Source: a virus. From it: a stretch of 64,000 bases of DNA. Of the stretch, positions 29,657-39,704 are shown piece by piece. The position numbers and the translations under genes were made by a program. The notes beneath the pieces are model-generated. The model did not search any database and had not been told where the DNA came from. It was given only the letters and a program-made list of their open reading frames with translations. Where the stretch lies: IMG/VR virus record IMGVR_UViG_3300045996_001561, positions 1 through 64,000 of that record, one strand, 5' to 3'. Each line of letters begins with the position of its first letter. The stretch's first letter is position 1.

Positions 29657-29938
29657 GTGGATTGCCCCACAATGGAAGAGGAAGCGCGGGAAGCGGTAGG
29701 TATCGCTTTCTGGCGGGATCACGGCGACGACGTCGAGGCATTGACCTCCGCGATCGAAACCGGGAAGATCGAGGCTCGGACGTGCTTCGACGCCATCCTC
29801 GCTCGGAAATCCTGGCGAAACGCGGTCGATATCGATTACGCGGCCGAGGCGGAAGTCGAGTACAACTTGGCCGAGTTGTGGTGGGATCTGCAGCATCCAG
29901 ATCGGGAATTCCTCGACGCCATGCCCCTGGTCGGATAA
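29657..29938 (+). CDS. Acidic early hypothetical protein
   Basis: Own promoter and SD; D/E-rich. Confidence 0.6.
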   Translation: MDCPTMEEEAREAVGIAFWRDHGDDVEALTSAIETGKIEARTCFDAILARKSWRNAVDIDYAAEAEVEYNLAELWWDLQHPDREFLDAMPLVG

Positions 29939-30041
29939 TCCGTACAACGCACCGAATCGCTCGGGTTCCCTCGGGAATCCGGGCTTTTCGGGGTGACAGG
30001 TGTTGGGAGTCCTCGGGATTTCCCAAGGACTCCCCGTGGGT

Positions 30042-30308
30042 TCAAAACCGCTCGGGTAGGTTTCCGTAGCGTTCAAGGAGGAAGATCTGATCGTCCAGAT
30101 CCGGCTCCTTTGGCGTGGGATCGGCTCGGCGGCTCGGGTAGATTCGCTCAAATTCGTCCAGATCGGGGTCGTCTCCGTACAAGGCTCGGAGCGTCTCCCA
30201 AATCCCCACCGCTCGACCGAATTCGTAGGGGTTGGCGTGGTTCATCTCCACGTTCGCGCGTCGGATCAGGTTTCCGACCTTTTCGCGCTGGGTGATCGGT
30301 ATCGCCAT
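30042..30308 (-). CDS. Early hypothetical protein (MAIPITQREK...)
   Basis: AAGGAGGAG SD before ATG 30308; promoter 30346-30374. Confidence 0.65.
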   Translation of the reverse strand: MAIPITQREKVGNLIRRANVEMNHANPYEFGRAVGIWETLRALYGDDPDLDEFERIYPSRRADPTPKEPDLDDQIFLLERYGNLPERF

Positions 30309-30345
30309 CGGCTCCTCCTTTTTCCGTACCTTCCAACGTGGGGGT

Positions 30346-30440
30346 ATAGTACCATACCCGTATGCTTTTGTCAAGGGGTAGGGGTGGGGTATTTTGCTAC
30401 GGCTATACCCCTTGACAAACTAGTAGGGGTATGCTATAGT
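30346..30440. promoter_or_regulatory. Divergent promoter pair (30346-30374 minus; 30412-30440 plus)
   Basis: TTGACA-N17-TACTAT and TTGACA-N17-TATAGT. Confidence 0.8.
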
Positions 30441-30496
30441 AGCCACAGTTGGATCGGGGTACGGAACCCAGATCCGGGTAGACGAAGGAGGAAACG

Positions 30497-30772
30497 GTGA
30501 AATTGGATAAGGCGAAGAAGGAATTGGTCAAGTCGTTGCTGGCGGAATCCGCGCAAGCGGTCGAGGATGCCAGAAAAGCCGACCGGGAAGCCAAGACCGG
30601 CTCCAAGACCCGATTTGAGCGGGTTCGGCTCCAAGGCGTCGAAACCGGGATCACCACGGCGCTGATCGCGATCTTTGGCGAGGATGCGGTGGCGCTCGTC
30701 GAGGACGAGATCACCACGGAGAAGGAGAAGGCGGAACTTGCCGCGCAGGAGCCGGTTGAGGACGCCGCCTAG
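30497..30772 (+). CDS. Early hypothetical helical protein
   Basis: AAGGAGG SD, GTG start. Confidence 0.7.
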   Translation: MKLDKAKKELVKSLLAESAQAVEDARKADREAKTGSKTRFERVRLQGVETGITTALIAIFGEDAVALVEDEITTEKEKAELAAQEPVEDAA

Positions 30773-30874
30773 ACCCTCGGGGGTACCCTCGGAAGCGGGG
30801 GTACCCTCGTCTGCGCCCAGAACGCGGGCAAAGAGCCACTCCCCAGGCATCCTGGGGAGGCTCGGGGTCGTGGC

Positions 30875-31027
30875 CTAGAGCGGGAATCGGTAGGATCGAC
30901 CCATACGCACCGATGCAAGATAGGATCGACCAACGTTGGCGCGGCGTGCGGCTCGGTACGACCAGATGCCAGCAACTCGCTTGCGGTGGTAGCGGTAGAT
31001 CTTCCGCACGATCCAGGGGGTTTCCAT
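30875..31027 (-). CDS. Small basic protein (50 aa, METPWIVRK...), possible HTH
   Basis: GGAGG SD; promoter 31080-31108; SYRAARRANVGRSYLASV is HTH-like. Confidence 0.5.
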   Translation of the reverse strand: METPWIVRKIYRYHRKRVAGIWSYRAARRANVGRSYLASVRMGRSYRFPL

Positions 31028-31079
31028 AGGGTTTCCTCCGATCTTTGCCGGGGTGCCGTACCCCGATTCCGTAGTTCCT

Positions 31080-31152
31080 ATACTACCATACCCGTAGGAA
31101 AGTGTCAAGGGGTAGAATAGGGGTTGACAAACGTACGCGGGTATGGTAGTAT
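31080..31152. promoter_or_regulatory. Divergent promoter pair (31080-31108 minus; 31124-31152 plus)
   Basis: Both TTGACA-N17(TATGG)-TAGTAT. Confidence 0.8.
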
Positions 31153-31199
31153 TCACCTACGTTGAAGGGGGTACGGAAACCCCGAAGGAGGAATCGCCC

Positions 31200-31454
31200 A
31201 TGAAGCGCGAGGATTACGAGTTCCTGATCGAGAAAGCCGAGAAGGTGGTACGGGATCACCAAACGGCCGTGGACGTGGTCGAAGGCGTCGATAATTCGCG
31301 GGAATCGGTCATGGCCATGAAGCTGGCCGAGGCGCGGATGGAGGGATTTTTCGACGGAATCTTCGCCGCCTCGCGGGATTCCTGCCTCGCGGGATTTGTG
31401 CGCCAAGATGCCAAGTTTCGGATGGATCGGGATCGGATTCTCGATCTGAGCTAG
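31200..31454 (+). CDS. Early hypothetical protein
   Basis: AAGGAGG SD before ATG 31200. Confidence 0.7.
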   Translation: MKREDYEFLIEKAEKVVRDHQTAVDVVEGVDNSRESVMAMKLAEARMEGFFDGIFAASRDSCLAGFVRQDAKFRMDRDRILDLS

Positions 31455-31566
31455 CACCGCTCGGATCAGCACGGAAACCGTGGGGAGATCCCCACGGTTT
31501 CCTGCCTCCCTGGAAAGGCACGACGAAGGGTACCCCGAGGATGGGGTACCCTCGGTGGCGTGGTTT

Positions 31567-31854
31567 CTACCAGCCTTCCTCCCACTCTCGCTCGGTCGTG
31601 CAGCCCACGATCGCGCATGGCTCGACGTAGGAGTAGCGACCAAAGGCGATGCCGCCTTCGATCCCGACCATCTCTAGCTTGCGGACGTTGCCGACCAGCC
31701 GCAGATCCGTGGGATCGGTGCCTTGCGCGCGGTAGTCCGCGTAGTGATCCTTTTCCTCTTTCAGGAAGGCTTGGGCGTCCTTCTTGGTGCGGAAGGTTCC
31801 CTGGTATTCGTCGTTGACGCCGTCCCCTAATCCCGCGTACCCGTGGTAATGCAT
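31567..31854 (-). CDS. Early hypothetical protein
   Basis: AAAGGAG SD; promoter 31890-31918. Confidence 0.65.
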   Translation of the reverse strand: MHYHGYAGLGDGVNDEYQGTFRTKKDAQAFLKEEKDHYADYRAQGTDPTDLRLVGNVRKLEMVGIEGGIAFGRYSYVEPCAIVGCTTEREWEEGW

Positions 31855-31889
31855 GCGCGTCTCCTTTCTGCGACCTTCAACGTGGGGGT

Positions 31890-31950
31890 ACTATAGCATA
31901 CGGGTACGCCATTGTCAAGTCTTGACAATCGGGGTAGGGTATGGTAGTAT
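31890..31950. promoter_or_regulatory. Back-to-back promoter pair with abutting -35 boxes
   Basis: ATTGTCAAG-T-CTTGACAAT palindrome; -10 boxes TATAGT (minus) and TAGTAT (plus), each 17 nt away. Confidence 0.82.
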
Positions 31951-31997
31951 ATAAGCGTGGTAGGGAAACGGAACCCTACGGATCACGGGAGGATGCG

Positions 31998-32711
31998 ATG
32001 AAAGTTGATCCGATCTATGCGTACGCGCTTGATGGGCATCTGGAGGATTGCCAGGGGAATCACCTGGGAACCTATCGGGTGATCTCCCGGTGGCGCGTGG
32101 GATCGCGCTACATGGGCTGGTATACGTGGCACGCCATCCGGGCGAGGATCCGGGGTCTCGATGGGGAGATGTGGGCGCGGTACAACGTCGACAACGGCTC
32201 GGCCGTCGCGCTGCGACCGGTGCGATCATGAGTCTCACGCCAAACCCGACGTTCGATCCGAAAACGGGGGAGGATCTGCCTCCCCACGTCCGCTACGATG
32301 GCTGGTTCCATACGTGCGGCGACTGTGGGAATGATGATGCGGTGTTCATCGTCACCCTCGACGGCGAGGATCACTTCTCCTGTCGATCATGCGTCTATGC
32401 GCACTATCTCGCTATCGCGTAGGAGGCTCGGCGCTTCGCACCAGAAGGAGGCTCGGATGGCTCGGTATTGCCGGGATCGGTACGAGGGTCAGCTTCGTGC
32501 CAACATCTACGGTGCCACCAAATACGTGGTGGCTGATGTGGAAACCGGGAGGATCGTCGCGGAACTCGACGAGAACGATCAGCTCCTGACGCATGAGAGC
32601 GCCCGATCCCTCGCCGCAGGGATGAATGCGATCATCTGGCAGCAGCGTCGACGTCATGGGCGATGCGCGGGGCATCCCAGGACTCGGGATCGGGGTCAGT
32701 CCTCGGTCTAA
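31998..32711 (+). CDS. Three small early genes (31998-32231, 32228-32422 CxxC zinc finger, 32457-32711)
   Basis: SD sites and ATGA coupling; followed by hairpin 32727-32756. Confidence 0.6.
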
Positions 32712-32765
32712 CCCTCGGGAACACGGATCACCCCCTGGAATTCCAGGGGGTGATCCTCGGTGCGG

Positions 32766-32996
32766 CTAGCTGATCCGGGTGTTCCAGAGATTGTCCTTGA
32801 TCTTCTGCAATCGGTAGGATCGCTTGAGGGCGCTCGGGCGATGCTTCCCGTTGGCCATCAGATCGTTCTCGCACCGCTCGATCTCGGCGTCGATGCGTCC
32901 GACCTCGTCGCGCAACGCTTCGACTAAGGCGTCCACGCGCGACTGGATCGCATCCTCCGTCAGATTCCGTAGCGGGATCTTGTACCCGGCATCCAT
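32766..32996 (-). CDS. Early hypothetical coiled-coil protein
   Basis: GGAGG SD; promoter 33046-33074; ACGGAA hairpin 33020-33034. Confidence 0.65.
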   Translation of the reverse strand: MDAGYKIPLRNLTEDAIQSRVDALVEALRDEVGRIDAEIERCENDLMANGKHRPSALKRSYRLQKIKDNLWNTRIS

Positions 32997-33045
32997 CCTG
33001 ATTCCTCCGTTTCCTTTCCGGGGTTCCGTACCCCAACGTGCGTCA

Positions 33046-33106
33046 ATACTACCATACTGGTACCCTATTGTCAAGGCTTGACAAACTACCCCGACTATGG
33101 TAGTAT
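33046..33106. promoter_or_regulatory. Back-to-back promoter pair with abutting -35 boxes
   Basis: TTGTCAAG-G-CTTGACAA; both with TATGG-TAGTAT. Confidence 0.82.
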
Positions 33107-33141
33107 AGAGGCAGTTGAGGATGGTACGGAAAGGAGGCAGC

Positions 33142-34031
33142 ATGATCCACGGGAACGAGAACCCCGGCAAGGTGGCCGAGGCGATTGCGGAGGCGTTGCG
33201 CACCGCATCAGAGCATGGGGAGTTCGTCGATACGGACGACGAGCCACCCCGGATCGAGGTCGATCATGGGTTTCAACCCTTCCTCACGATCCGGTTTCGG
33301 AATGGCGCGGAATTCCAACTGACTCCGGTCAGATCGGCATGGCCGTCTGAAGGCTCGGCCCAATTCCTCGGCTGCGATCAGTGCGGCGAGACGGTGTGCG
33401 AATGCTGCGAACGCTGCGGTCGACCACCGGGGTACGAGCATGATCGCTCGGGGTGCGTCGAGTACATCGCGCCGGAAGGTGATGAGCGGTATCGGGAGGG
33501 ATCATGACCGCATTGGAGGCGATTCGTCGGATCACGGACATCGTTGAGGCGTGGGAGAACAACCACGATCCCAGCGCCCAGAACGATATCGATACCCTCT
33601 ACGAGATCCTCGGCATCGCGGGGGAGGTCGAGGAAACCGATCCCTACGCCCTGACTCCCTCGGAGGAAGATCGCTGGCGGAAAGATCAGGCCCATCCCGC
33701 GTAGGACGGATCGGGATCTCCCCCATACCCTCGGTGACATCTGTCACGCGGGGGTCGGGGTGGTGAAAGGAGAACGATCATGGATCGCTCGGAATGGGTC
33801 AGGATCAAGTACCGAGAACTCGATCCCACCGTGGATACCTTCGCGGATATCCGGGATCACGTTCGGGCATCGCTGCAGGAACAGGTTGACTTCTGGAAGG
33901 GTGACACGATCCAGGGTCGGGCCGATGTGGCGCGCCGGAATGCCCTCGGAGTACCTCCCCTGAATCCCGCGCGGCGTCCAATGGAACGGTGGGCGATCTG
34001 CGCGCTCTTTGTCGCGGCCGGGAAGCTGTAG
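33142..34031 (+). CDS. Three early genes (33142-33507 Cys-rich C-terminus, 33504-33704, 33780-34031)
   Basis: SD sites; consistent coding pattern. Confidence 0.6.
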
Positions 34032-34034
34032 GGG

Positions 34035-34063
34035 TTGACAATACCCCGCGTATATGGTACTAT
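34035..34063 (+). promoter_or_regulatory. Early promoter
   Basis: TTGACA-N17(TATGG)-TACTAT. Confidence 0.8.
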
Positions 34064-34113
34064 ACAACCAGTCAAGTGGGGGAACGGAAGCCCTCGGACG
34101 GAAGGAGGAAACA

Positions 34114-35037
34114 GTGATCAGGCCAGGAATGAAGATCACCCTAGAGAGTCTGGAAGAGATCGGGCCGTTCGCATGGCCGGGAGGGTACGTCAATACCTTC
34201 ATCGACCGGGATGGCAGCATCCTGTGCTTCGATTGCGCCAAGAAGGATCTGCAGGACGGAAACCCGTTCGGATCGATCGCGTACGCGGGGTACGAGGAAC
34301 GCGACCCCGAGGATGGCGACGTGATTTGCGATGGATGCGGACAGGAGGTCGATCCGGCGATTCGCGGTCGAGACGACGATCCCGCCACCGCCTGCCGCTA
34401 CCGCGTACGCGGGAAGGATGTTGCCGAGTTTCACACGAACGTGTGGGACGAGGTGATCACCGAGGCTCGGAAGCTGCGCGGTGAGGGGATCAGAAACATC
34501 GCCGTCGAGGAACGGGATCACGGGCCGGGGTTTGGGCCGGGACATTGGGTGGAGGTGATCTGGTCGTGAACGCATGGACAGGTCTGCGGCTCTCGGATGC
34601 GCGGCGACAACTGGTCGGCGTCAAATCCCAGATCGATCGCTCGATCCAAGCGGAGGACGACGACAACTGGCTCCGCGATGCGCCCCAAGATCCCGAAGCG
34701 TACGTGTTGCTCAATGAGATCGTGGGTCTCGTCAACACCCTCGATCAGAAGCTGCTTGACCTCGTCTTGAGAAAGGATCACGATGCTGTTCCAGAAGAAG
34801 AAGCCAGCCAAGAAGGGTCGGTCGCGCACATCATCGACCCGACCAGCCCCAGCGCGGAGGAACTCTGGGGTCAGTAAGATCCCTCGGGGGTACTACGAGA
34901 ACTTTGGCACCGAGTACCACAACACGCGCGGGATGGGGTCAACCTATATCGCGGCGGCAGGATCGGGATGTCTGGGGGTCTCATGGAAGTTCTTTCTGAT
35001 GGTGATGCTGATCGGGATTGTGATTGCCGCCTTCTGA
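34114..35037 (+). CDS. Early genes 34114-34569 (CxxC...CxxC), 34566-34877, 34783-35037 (C-terminal TM helix)
   Basis: AAGGAGG SD; coupled starts; zinc-binding and TM motifs. Confidence 0.55.
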
Positions 35038-35382
35038 GGGAGGCCCAGGCCCAGATCAGCACGGCCTGGATCGACGGCGACACGGACACCCTCGTCCAGT
35101 GGCTGGGCGCACTCGATCGCTCGATCCAGGCGAACGATCCACTGCAGAACGGTGCGGCCTTCCTGATCGAGTACACCGTGGCAGGGTTGGAGATCCTCCT
35201 GTTTGATCCCACGGTGCATGCATTCTATTGCACGGCACTCCTACCCCAATTCTGGCCCCAACGCCCCACAGAGGCCACGGAGCGCGTCCACAGCGGGGGT
35301 TCCGTGGATGACGACCGGCAACGTCGTGCCGACGTGCTGCGGTTTCGCATCTTCGGGCCGTGGGAAGGGATGCCGGGGGACA

Positions 35383-35555
35383 TTGACAAATACGCGGGGG
35401 TGAGCTACACTACGCAGGCAACTAAAGGGAGCTTCCTCTAAGCTCCTGGGGGGTCGACACCGGCGATGCCGGAACCACTCGATCCCCAAAGGTTTCCTCC
35501 GAGTTGCACCTTCCGTGTCGGGAACCCCGGTCGCAAGGCTGGGGTTCTTGGCGTC
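35383..35555 (+). ncRNA. Candidate small RNA (promoter 35383-35411, structured ~135 nt, terminator-like hairpin)
   Basis: TTGACA-N17-TACACT, then hairpins GGAGCTT/AAGCTCC and GGGGTCGA...TCGATCCCC, ending in GAACCCCGG-TCGCAAGG-CTGGGGTTC-TT; no SD-led ORF. Confidence 0.4.
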
Positions 35556-35602
35556 CCGATCACCCCCTGTGTATGTATGGGAAACTGGTTTCCATAATAC
35601 CC

Positions 35603-35631
35603 TTGACAATACCCGTATGGTATGGTAGTAT
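35603..35631 (+). promoter_or_regulatory. Early promoter
   Basis: TTGACA-ATACCCGTATGGTATGG-TAGTAT. Confidence 0.82.
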
Positions 35632-35680
35632 TGTCAGTGGTGAAGGGTACGGAACCCTTCGCACGGAAGGAGGAAACGCG

Positions 35681-36354
35681 ATGCTGCAGACACAGGTCGA
35701 TCATCAGTTTGGGGTGGGCGACCGGGCCATCCTGAAGCTGCGGCCGGGACGCAAGTTTGCCTACACCGGGTGGAAGGACGGCGATCTCGTCATCATCGAT
35801 GCGGTCAACTTCCGCATCAACGCGGACGGATCGACGGTCGTCTTTTACGCGGTCACCCACACGCCCGGTGGGGGGCACGTCCACGTCGGTGCCAATGAGG
35901 TGGTGCCGCTGCTCGATCGCCCCACACCCCCACAGAAATTCCTGATCTACGGCGGTGCGTACATCGCGCTGCTGGAGAAGGCGCTCGACGGCGGGCCATT
36001 CGCTCGGGCCATTCGCAACGCCACGCGCGCCGGAAACGATGCCTGCGGGTACGAGATCGTCCCGCGCAACGCCGAGGACGCCGCCCTGATCGCGCAGGCG
36101 GTGCGGGATGTGATGGTGCGCTGATGCCTGAAACCACCTTCCAGCACGCCTTTGCCATCGGGGATGCGGTCATGCTGAACATGCGGGAGACGAAGCAGCG
36201 CAACGGCTGGGTGAACGGCGAGACGGTCTACATCCAGACCGTCAGCTTCCGCACGGCTCGGGAGGGATCGTACACCTTCTACACCGTGGGTATGGAGCCG
36301 GTCAGCACGTCCGTGATCAAGGTTCGGGATATCGACGTGGAGGCGGCAACGTGA
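35681..36354 (+). CDS. Two tandem paralogous genes with small SH3/KOW-like domain (35681-36124, 36124-36354)
   Basis: HQFGVGDRAIL...GWKDGDLVIIDAVNFR...FYAV versus HAFAIGDAVML...GWVNGETVYIQTVSFR...FYTV. Confidence 0.6.
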
Positions 36355-37005
36355 ACATCTACGGACACACCTATCAGCAGCGCCGCGAGATCCAGCGGCA
36401 AGCGAATAAAATCTCGGCCCTCTGGCTCTCCCCTCGGGGCAAGCTCTATGGCCTGGGGGAGATCGAGGTCAAGGCGGCACGGGAGTATGCGTCCCACAAC
36501 GAGTACAAAGGCGATCCAGGGGGGTGGATTCGGCGCACCGCATCGGATCGGGTAATCACGCAGGGGTGGAGAAACTTCTTCCTCGCCCGCACGCGGATGA
36601 TCCTCGACTGGTACACCCAGCGCCTGACCGCCTTCCCCAGCTTCGCGGCCATGATCGATGCGCCCTCCACGTACCGGCCGACGCTGATGCAGACCTCGAC
36701 GGACTGGCGGTGCTGGCTGCTGGCCTTCCACTACGATCAGACGATGGCCTATCGGGGTGATCCGAGGCGGGTCTATCGTGGCTAGGGGGAGGGTTCGGCT
36801 CAAGCGCGGGGAGCAGCGCGTCACCACGTACCACCGGGGTGACGTCACGGCGATCATCAGCGGACGCAGCAGCGGGTACTACACCATGACGATCAACGGG
36901 TTCTTCGGGGGGATCGCCCACAGTCGGCATGAGGCCAAGTGGATGATCCTCTCGGGCCACTACGTCAACGGGCCTGCGCTCCTACGGAGGATTCCGCATG
37001 GATAA
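36351..37005 (+). CDS. Hypothetical genes 36351-36785 and ~36778-37005
   Basis: Coupled ORFs in the same operon. Confidence 0.55.
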
Positions 37006-37633
37006 GATCAACATCTACCGTGTGAATATCACCGGCGTCGATCAGGTGCTGTCCTTCAGCGCCCCTGACGCTCCGATGGCTCCGATCTGGGCCAGCGTGT
37101 GGCCCTCGGGGGTGGCACTGGCCTCGGTCATCTGGCGCGACCGGGAGCGATTTGCCGGGAAGAAGGTCTTGGAGATCGGGCCGGGTCTGGGGATCACCGC
37201 CACGCTCCTGGGGCTGGCCGGGGCTGAGGTCACCCTCGTCGATATCTCCCAATCCTGCCTCAATGTCGCGGCCTACAACATGCGGCAGAACGGAGCAGGG
37301 TACCCGGCCCATGCCATCGTCAGTGACATCCGTCACCCCACGCCGGATCTCCCGGGCCATCTTGAGCGTGGCGCATACGACATGATCGTGGGAGCCGACA
37401 TCCTCTATGAGGATGACGTGGTGGAGCCACTCCTGCGGACGATCAGTGCCGTCGACCACGCCTGGATCGCCGCCGTGATCCGGGAGCCGTTTGCCAAGTT
37501 CGCCTTCGATACCCCGGGTGCCGGGTGGACGATGCGTACGGAGAAGATCCGGGTTCCCATCCCCGACCCCATCGAGGGCACCGTTGACCCGGTCATCGTT
37601 CTTTACCTTGACAAAGCGGGCCGGGTATGGTAA
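36998..37633 (+). CDS. Class I SAM-dependent methyltransferase, Methyltransf_16 (protein-lysine MTase)-like
   Basis: WASVWPSGVALA, motif I KKVLEIGPGLG, post-I VTLVD, motif II YDMIVGADILYE (DxxY). Confidence 0.78.
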   Translation: MDKINIYRVNITGVDQVLSFSAPDAPMAPIWASVWPSGVALASVIWRDRERFAGKKVLEIGPGLGITATLLGLAGAEVTLVDISQSCLNVAAYNMRQNGAGYPAHAIVSDIRHPTPDLPGHLERGAYDMIVGADILYEDDVVEPLLRTISAVDHAWIAAVIREPFAKFAFDTPGAGWTMRTEKIRVPIPDPIEGTVDPVIVLYLDKAGRVW

Positions 37634-37636
37634 TAT
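37608..37636 (+). promoter_or_regulatory. Promoter
   Basis: TTGACA-N17(TATGG)-TAATAT. Confidence 0.78.
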
Positions 37637-37684
37637 AGGGACAATCGAGATGGGGAGCGGAAGCCCCACAGAAAGGAGGAACGG

Positions 37685-39223
37685 ATGCGGGATCGCGTCA
37701 CCATCGCCAACGTCGAGGCGGCGCTGAACTATTACACCTTTGTGATGGGGTTGACGGCCGCGCAACAGGCCGACTTCCTGATCGATACGAAGCGGACAGT
37801 CACGAACGGTCGGTCGACGACGCGGTATCGCCTGTCGCACTTCGACGGAGCGGAGATCGGTTTCCCCCTCGGGAGGGAGTGGCGCACCGCGCGGGAGATG
37901 CACGACGGTCTGCGGGATGCCGCCCTCGGCGTCAATTGTTACCGGAGGTCATTCGGATGAAGCTGGAAACCCTCGACCAAAAGCTGCAGCGGAAATACCC
38001 GAAGCTCTCCAAGAAGGAGCGGATGCTGGCCCTGCTCCTGGCCGATGCCCAGCACCGGAGTCAGATCGGCCGAGCCAACGGCATCACCGCCACGCTGGAG
38101 ACGCTCCATCCCCGCAAGGCAGCAGTGATTTCGGACGCCGCCTATTTCATCCGCGAGTACAAGATCGCATCGGGAGCATGGTCATGACCAACGTGATTCT
38201 GCGGGCCGACGATATCGCGCAGCATCGGCAGGAGAGCGCCGTGCGGAGGGCGCTCCTGCCCTGCCTGCACCGGGTGCGGGTGGGTGACGACCGGGATCTG
38301 CATGAGATGATCGTGGCCGACCCGTTCCACGGATTCATCCCGGGAACCGCTGCGACGCTGAACAGGTGTCGTCAGGAAGCCTACTGCGTCAGCCGCAACA
38401 ACCCCGGCCTCACCGTCTTGGTGGAGCGTCTGGATGGGGATGTTGTCGCACGCTACATCAACGGTCGGGAGGTCTGAGATGGGTTCCGTCAGGCAGTTGA
38501 TCGAACTCCAGGGCGTCATCGAGGATGCGCGAGAGCAAGCCCGATCCACCTTTGAGTACAGCCTCTTTGCGGGATCGAACAAGGATGAGTCGGGGCAGGA
38601 TAAGGCCGAGGATCGCATCCTGCGCTATCTGGAGTTTGCGCGGAGCGAGGTCGAGATGCTCACCGGAAATCTGGTGCGCCATGAACAGCGGTAGCCCCCT
38701 GAATCGACGGGAGGTCTAGGTGCTGGGAACCCTACGTGCAGACGTGGTGGCGATCGAGGACAAGGGCAACGGCCTGTATGCGGCCCATCTCCTGATATCC
38801 GGAACGATCGTCGACGCGAAGAACACCGAGTACACCTTCGATCGTGTGAAATCGGTGATGGGATTCTCCGGGGGGATCGGGCCAAAGCAAACCCTCTCGG
38901 AGCAGCGGCAGGCCGAGGTACACGAGATCACGATGATCACACGATTTGGGGAGGGCATCTGAATGACCACACAGGCACAGCGGGATGCGATCGATCTGGC
39001 CCACTATCAGCGGCGGGAGATCGACCGCCGCTACAGCGTGCTGATGACCACCACTATGGGGCAGATGATCGCAATCGCCCAGGATGGGGTGCGCTGGCAG
39101 CAGGAGCATCGCCGGGCCGTACCGTACGCGGCCTACCGGGAGGAAATGGACACCGTGGTGTCGGTGATCGACCAACTCCGCGAGGGCATCCGCACGACGC
39201 TGCAGGAGGATGTCCGTGGATGA
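37685..39223 (+). CDS. Six small hypothetical genes (37685-37960, 37957-38187, 38184-38477, 38479-38694, 38720-38962, 38963-39223)
   Basis: SD sites and overlapping start/stop codons. Confidence 0.6.
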
Positions 39224-39704
39224 CGATCCCTACGAGGTCGCCATCATGGCGGTCGGCGCGATTCTGGTCTACCTGGCGATCATTGGGCTTGTCGCACTGA
39301 TCTGGCGTTAGACGGAGGGAGATGTGAACGGGACGCTTTCTGCACTGGCCGTCGCACTTGCCATCATCGCGGTGGGGTTCGTGCTGCGAGTCAACGACAA
39401 GATCGACACGCCGACGCAGATCGTCATCATGATTCTGGCGATCGCGATCGAAATCGTGTTGCTCCAGATATGGCGGGATCGATGAGCGACACAAGGCGAT
39501 CATCGGACTTGTCGCGCTGATCTGGAGATAGACGGAGGGAGCATGACCGGAGTCTTTGCCGCATTTATCATCGCTCAGACCATCATCCTCACGGCGTTCG
39601 TCCTTGCGGTGAACGACACGATCGACCTGCCGACGCAGGCGGTCATCACGATCCTGGCCATCGCCGTGCAAATCGTGCTGCTCCAGATATGGGGGGATCG
39701 ATGA
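39216..39704 (+). CDS. Three small membrane peptides (39216-39311, 39324-39485, 39543-39704); last two are paralogs (not in ORF track)
   Basis: GGAGG SD before each; hydrophobic helices; shared VND.ID.PTQ...ILAIA..IVLLQIW.DR. Confidence 0.7.

Noticed and set aside
27783-33100. Stop-codon (TAG) reassignment suggested by abundant TAG
   Set aside because: Genes across the window are intact in the standard code and many end in TAG followed by the next SD or a hairpin.
34968-35441. 157-aa CDS
   Set aside because: No clear SD or start, and it overlaps both the upstream gene and the downstream promoter. It may be a gene remnant (shares DRSIQA with 34566-34877) but could not be supported.
35418-35555. 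tRNA gene
   Set aside because: No cloverleaf, no T-loop GTTCRA and no CCA end recognisable; kept only as an sRNA candidate.
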